From: Sedimentisphaeraceae bacterium JB056
Lineage (GTDB): Bacteria; Planctomycetota; Phycisphaerae; Sedimentisphaerales; Sedimentisphaeraceae
Assembly (NCBI GenBank): GCA_044440125.1
Contig: JBITAJ010000022.1
Coordinates: 387,731-451,730 of the forward strand
Length of the DNA stretch: 64,000 nt
Direction: 5' to 3'
Shown: in pieces, positions 59,479 through 64,000 of the stretch
Position numbering within the stretch: position 1 is the stretch's first letter
Layout: each line of letters opens with the position of its first letter
Program-made: the position numbers and the translations under genes
Notes under the pieces: generated by a model
Told to the model about the DNA's origin: nothing
What the model saw: only the letters and a program-made list of their open reading frames with translations
Databases searched by the model: none

Positions 59479-59526
59479 AAAAAAACACTGCTTTATTTAT
59501 AAAACAAAGCAGTGTTTTGTGTTTTT
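59479..59526. terminator. Bidirectional-type terminator after the acyl-CoA synthetase gene
   Basis: AAAACACTGCTTT/AAAGCAGTGTTTT stem with A/T flanks. Confidence 0.75.
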
Positions 59527-59538
59527 AATCAGATGCGA

Positions 59539-61203
59539 TTACTGATCTTCTTCCCTGATCTGGACGCGTCTTATCTTGCCGCTGATTGTCTTGGGAAGTT
59601 CCTCTACAAACTCCACTATTCGCGGGTATTTATATGGTGCGGTTACCTTTTTAACGTGATTTTGAAGCTCTTTCTTCATCTCATCGCCAGCAGTATAACC
59701 CTTTGTAAGCACTATAGTTGCCTTAACAACTACACCTCTGTCGGGGTCTGGAGCTCCGGTTATGGCACATTCAGTTACCGCAGGGTGCTCCATCAGGGCA
59801 CTTTCAACCTCGAATGGGCCGATACGGTAGCCGCTGCTCTTTATCACATCATCAGCACGACCTACAAACCAGAAATATCCGTCCTCATCTTTCCAAGCCA
59901 CATCACCAGTGTGATAATAGCCGTCTGTCCAGACTTCTGCTGTTCTCTGAGGCTCGGCACGATAGCCGGTAAAGAGACCTAACGGACGGCCAACTGCTGT
60001 ATCAAGCACTATTTCGCCCTGTTCACCCGGATCATTACAAATCTTACCATCGGAGTTCATAAGACAAACTTCGTAGCATGGGTTAGGCCTGCCCATTGAA
60101 CCTGGCTTCGGCGTCATCCACGGGAAGGTAACAACAAGCGGAGTAGTTTCTGTCTGACCATAGCATTCCATAAGCTTTATGCTGGTATATTCGCGAAAAC
60201 GGTTATAAACCTCAGGATTGAGCGGCTCACCGGCAACAACACAGTATTTAAAACTGCTCAGGTCATACTTGCTCATATCCTCTTTGATCAGGAATCGGTA
60301 AACCGTTGGAGGCGCACAGAAAGTAGTAACTTTATATTTCGCCGCCTTATCAAGCATATTCTTAGCATTAAACTGCTCGTAATCATATGCGAATACAGCA
60401 CTTCCGGCAAGCCACTGGCCATATATCTTGCCCCACACGCACTTAGCCCAGCCGGTATCGGCAACTGTATAATGCAAGCCGTCATCAATTACATTCTGCC
60501 AATACTTAGCAGTGATTATGTGAGCAAGCGGATAAGCAAAATCATGCTCAACCATCTTGGGATAACCGGTTGTTCCCGAAGAGAAGTAAACCATAATGGC
60601 ATCATCATTTCGAGTATCTTCGTTGCCGGTCGGACGCTGAAAATCAGCAGACGCCGTTTCCATTGCACTTGTAAGATTTTGCCAGTCTTTATAGTCGGAG
60701 CGGATAACCATTCTTGTGGTTATCTGGTCGGTAAATTCCTCATACGCCTTATCAATATGACCAAGCAAACCTTCATCATAATCGCTTATCACCATCTTAA
60801 TCTTTGCCTTGTCAAATCGATAGACAAAATCCTTAGCAGTAAGCATATGGGTCGCAGGCACGGCAATAGCACCTATCCTGTGCAGCCCAAGCAGGCAATA
60901 CCAGAACTCATAACGACCTTTAAGCGTCATAAGTACACAATCGCCCTTCTTTGTGCCATTGGCGAGAAGGATATTGGCCATCTTGTTACTTTCTTCCTTC
61001 ATCTGGGCAAAAGTAACAATCCTTTCCTCATCGTCATCATTACACCATACCAACGCAACCTTATCCGGGTCGTTTTCGGCATAGTAATCAACGACATCAT
61101 ACACAAAATTAAAATTTTCAGGTACATTTATCCTGAAATTATCCTTAAAATCCTGATAAGAATCGAAATCGACTCTTGAAACATATTTCTCAAGCAAATT
61201 CAT
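59539..61203 (-). CDS. Short/medium-chain acyl-CoA synthetase (AMP-binding)
   Basis: [34 protein letters not shown] and PKTISGK motifs. Confidence 0.92.
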   Translation of the reverse strand: MNLLEKYVSRVDFDSYQDFKDNFRINVPENFNFVYDVVDYYAENDPDKVALVWCNDDDEERIVTFAQMKEESNKMANILLANGTKKGDCVLMTLKGRYEFWYCLLGLHRIGAIAVPATHMLTAKDFVYRFDKAKIKMVISDYDEGLLGHIDKAYEEFTDQITTRMVIRSDYKDWQNLTSAMETASADFQRPTGNEDTRNDDAIMVYFSSGTTGYPKMVEHDFAYPLAHIITAKYWQNVIDDGLHYTVADTGWAKCVWGKIYGQWLAGSAVFAYDYEQFNAKNMLDKAAKYKVTTFCAPPTVYRFLIKEDMSKYDLSSFKYCVVAGEPLNPEVYNRFREYTSIKLMECYGQTETTPLVVTFPWMTPKPGSMGRPNPCYEVCLMNSDGKICNDPGEQGEIVLDTAVGRPLGLFTGYRAEPQRTAEVWTDGYYHTGDVAWKDEDGYFWFVGRADDVIKSSGYRIGPFEVESALMEHPAVTECAITGAPDPDRGVVVKATIVLTKGYTAGDEMKKELQNHVKKVTAPYKYPRIVEFVEELPKTISGKIRRVQIREEDQ

Positions 61204-61218
61204 CTTGTGCTAATTCCT

Positions 61219-61773
61219 TTATATTACAAATGCCAAAAATACGGCTTTCTTTCCATCAAGTGCCTGCATCGCATGATCGCATGTTGAATCAAAATAAATC
61301 GAATCACCCTTCTCAAGGATTATCTCATTCGAATGGATAAATACTTTAAGGCGGCCTTCAAGAATATAGTTGAATTCCTGCCCGGGATGCGAAGCGGTTT
61401 TTACAGTTGTGTCTTCAGGTTTAGGCTCAACCGTAACAATAAACGGATCGGCCTTCTTGGCAATAAAAGAAGTAGCGAGAGCCTCATAATTGTATTGCTT
61501 GCGGCGTTCAACAGAGATACCTTTACCCGCTCTGGTAACACTGAAGAAATGAAGACGTGCTTCCTGACCTGTAAGCAAGGCAGTACTGTCTACCTTGAAA
61601 AGCTCTGCAATTTCAAGAAGAAGACTTACCGGCATGTCCTTTTCACCCTTTTCATAAGCCTCATAAACCGATTGGTCAATACCAAGCTTTGAAGCAACAT
61701 CACCAACTGTCATATCCGACAGTTCACGAAGCTCATGTATCCTGGCAGCAATTTCCTGTATCTTTTCCTGCAT
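61219..61773 (-). CDS. XRE-family HTH regulator with cupin domain
   Basis: N-terminal HTH (RIHELRE...YEKG); HPGQEFNYILEG and YFDS...H motifs. Confidence 0.9.
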   Translation of the reverse strand: MQEKIQEIAARIHELRELSDMTVGDVASKLGIDQSVYEAYEKGEKDMPVSLLLEIAELFKVDSTALLTGQEARLHFFSVTRAGKGISVERRKQYNYEALATSFIAKKADPFIVTVEPKPEDTTVKTASHPGQEFNYILEGRLKVFIHSNEIILEKGDSIYFDSTCDHAMQALDGKKAVFLAFVI

Positions 61774-61879
61774 TTGGAAACTCCGGATTATATATAACAT
61801 ATTATTACGATCACTATCAATAATATATTAATCAAACAATCGGAGTTTTGCAAATACTATAACAGCAAAAGAATGAGAT

Positions 61880-62482
61880 TTACTGCTTGAGAAGCCAGCC
61901 GTCAGGACAGAAATCCTGCCAGTAATCGGCAAAAACACAATAATCATCCAAGTCAGTGCGGTTCAAATCACCATCGAGGTCAGCCGCATTAGGCTCAATC
62001 TGAAGCCATGACAGCGAAAAATTCACCAGGTCATCAATCGTAACTTTGCAAGCGACAACATAATTATCCGCTATGCCGAAATTTATCCAGCCGATATTCT
62101 CACCCCATGCCCAGCCGTAAAAGCCGCCGTCATAATCGATCTTGACACCATAGTCGGTTGAGTCACCTGCAACAACAGGATTGAAGTTTATCCATCCGAC
62201 ATTTTCTCCCCACCCGTAACCGGAAAGATTATCATTGCCGTCATTATAAACACCGCCGTAAGTTGTCGGTGAAAGATTTATCCATCCAATGTTTTCTGCC
62301 CAGACAAACCCGGTCAACTTGTCGCTTTCGACTTGAACACCATCACCACTGCCGGGCTGAAAATTAAACCAGCCAGTATTCTCACACCATGCAAACTGGC
62401 CACCCGTACTGTAAGGGTCAACATTTTCTCCAGAACAGATAAACGGCAATAGGCATAGTAATATTAAGCTTAGCCATCTCAT
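61880..62482 (-). CDS. Secreted protein with W-x-E-N-x-G-W repeats and a dockerin-like C-terminus
   Basis: WCENTGW, WAENIGW, WGENVGW and WGENIGW repeats; ADLDGDLNRTDLDDY. Confidence 0.7.
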   Translation of the reverse strand: MRWLSLILLCLLPFICSGENVDPYSTGGQFAWCENTGWFNFQPGSGDGVQVESDKLTGFVWAENIGWINLSPTTYGGVYNDGNDNLSGYGWGENVGWINFNPVVAGDSTDYGVKIDYDGGFYGWAWGENIGWINFGIADNYVVACKVTIDDLVNFSLSWLQIEPNAADLDGDLNRTDLDDYCVFADYWQDFCPDGWLLKQ

Positions 62483-62496
62483 GACAAAACCTCCAA

Positions 62497-63711
62497 TCAG
62501 AAAGCCGTATTGTCAATACCATCGTTTCCGCTTCCCGAATTATCAACATTGGTAGAATTGGAATACCTGTTGTTTATATATAGATTGTTGTCACCAACAA
62601 TTTTAATTCCCGTTGCCGAAGATGATATGATCGTATTTCCTTCAATCACATTCTTATAGTCGTTGACTATTATGCCTGAAGAATAATGCATTGCGATATG
62701 ATTGTTCTTCACCGAACACATTCTTCCCACGGTAATCCCATAACCAACTTCTTGTATCAGGTTATCAGTAATCATAGCCCCGTTATGAGCAGTGATTGCA
62801 TAAGTACAATCATTAACCTGATTAGCCCTGATTGATGAACCGTACCCAATTACGAGTCCATTCATGCTATCTGATACCGAGTTATTCTCAGCCAAACATT
62901 TGCTGTTTAGATGTATGGCTGTCGCTCCCGTACAGTTTCTGACAGCACAACCGGTAACGACCGTATCATCACTGGCGTATATACCGTATTTCCCAGAACT
63001 GTAAACCGCACAATCTACAACTCTTGAGCCATAATGAGCAAAGATGCCATATTCTTTTGCTATATACACATTGCAGTTTGACACGATAGAAGATGTCTGA
63101 ACAAATATACCGTCACCATCAAAGCCCCCGCCGTTAGCAACCACACAATCAGTTACAAGACAATTATAGTCTGTTCTGATTGATCGCTGTCTGGCAAATG
63201 TACTCTGACACTGCCTTATAGTAGAGTTTCTGCCCACAGTCAGCGGGTAATCAGAAATCATGGCATTTACCTTTTCAATGGTATTATTGTCAGATGCTTC
63301 CCCGCCAATATTGATACAATAGAATTGAAAACTCTTAACCTGACCATTTTTAACAGTAATACATTTTCGATCACTGTAAATACCTGCCGTTGATTTACTG
63401 TTCAAATTACCGTCAAGGCTAAACCCCATTAGATCAATTGTCACATTATCAGTTTCAATACTTATAGCAGCATTTCCTGCCCCAACACCATCACCTTCAA
63501 AAACAATGTTTTCTGCAAAATAATAAGAACCGGGGTCTTTTATCGTCAGGGGTAAATCTGATTCTGAGATTGGTATTCTGGGCTCAACCTCATCAAGAGT
63601 CTTCATCGTAGAGCCGGGAGGTGAAGTTGGGTTAAGGTTGCCGGCAAAACAATGGCTGCAGCAAATCAATGCAGCTAACAATAGAAATGGTGTAAATTTA
63701 CGCTTTTCCAT
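62497..63711 (-). CDS. Secreted right-handed parallel beta-helix protein
   Basis: Signal peptide; PPGSTMKTLDEVEPR; GSYY...VTIDLMGF; repeated V.nC...GI coils. Confidence 0.8.
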   Translation of the reverse strand: MEKRKFTPFLLLAALICCSHCFAGNLNPTSPPGSTMKTLDEVEPRIPISESDLPLTIKDPGSYYFAENIVFEGDGVGAGNAAISIETDNVTIDLMGFSLDGNLNSKSTAGIYSDRKCITVKNGQVKSFQFYCINIGGEASDNNTIEKVNAMISDYPLTVGRNSTIRQCQSTFARQRSIRTDYNCLVTDCVVANGGGFDGDGIFVQTSSIVSNCNVYIAKEYGIFAHYGSRVVDCAVYSSGKYGIYASDDTVVTGCAVRNCTGATAIHLNSKCLAENNSVSDSMNGLVIGYGSSIRANQVNDCTYAITAHNGAMITDNLIQEVGYGITVGRMCSVKNNHIAMHYSSGIIVNDYKNVIEGNTIISSSATGIKIVGDNNLYINNRYSNSTNVDNSGSGNDGIDNTAF

Positions 63712-64000
63712 ATCTCCTCCAAATTAGTCTTAATGACCATTAAATATGCCTCATAGATCATAAGCTCATGGGATGCAACTAATTCACTCTATAACTCATT
63801 ATATCCCTCGACCGATAATAAGTCAAGGAGTTATAAAACACACCCAAACCCAACAACAGGAGTTATTCCGTTTGCAAGGTTTTCGAGTCTTAGTTTGCCT
63901 TTGTTTTGACAGGCATTGATATTTCGCATGGTATTCATTGATCGTCTGGTTAAAAAACTTGTTTTTTCCATTACAGGAAGCATTTTGACTAATTTTGAGC

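Noticed and set aside
59512..61179. Long plus-strand ORFs (156 and 235 aa) opposite the acyl-CoA synthetase
   Set aside because: Fully overlapped by a well-supported gene and lacking recognisable motifs; the same applies to the other short overlapping ORFs in the track.
63860..63902. Minus-strand GGCAAAC...GAAA...GCAAA resembling a c-di-GMP-I riboswitch
   Set aside because: Lacks the GACGCAAAGC segment, a well-paired P2 and a recognisable P3.

Overview
An AT-rich bacterial chromosomal window with about 50 CDSs and one tRNA-Arg(TCT). The prepilin-leader protein, ThuA-HEAT fusion, DUF1080, Tat-exported Gfo/Idh/MocA enzymes and dockerin-like C-terminal tags suggest an anaerobic planctomycete (Phycisphaerae/Sedimentisphaerales-like); this placement is inferred. 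Contents, in order: an oxidoreductive sugar-catabolism cluster; an etfB-etfA-lctD/glcD-like operon with two Zn polyol dehydrogenases, a class II aldolase and a polyprenyl synthase; nikR divergent from a cupin / secreted protein / pilin-like / metal-ABC operon with a clear operator; tRNA-Arg; gmhA; rnc-pyrR-pyrB-pyrC-NYN; a dimeric dUTPase-scpA cluster; an RsbV/RsbW-like pair; a 3567-aa repeat surface protein; a hybrid kinase; hisE; fucU; miaB-[GxxExxY]-holA; AsmA-like/YihY/rodA/mscS; pyrH-frr; an XRE-cupin regulator with an acyl-CoA synthetase; and two secreted repeat proteins. The top finding is a ~0.5-kb cassette carrying only a GxxExxY PD-(D/E)XK nuclease gene. It is bounded by 29/31-identical inverted repeats made of 9-bp-period units and flanked by TAA/TAA. 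Removing it restores a tight miaB-holA junction with a Shine-Dalgarno, so it looks like a transposase-less mobile element. All calls come from reading the sequence and motifs; no searches were run.
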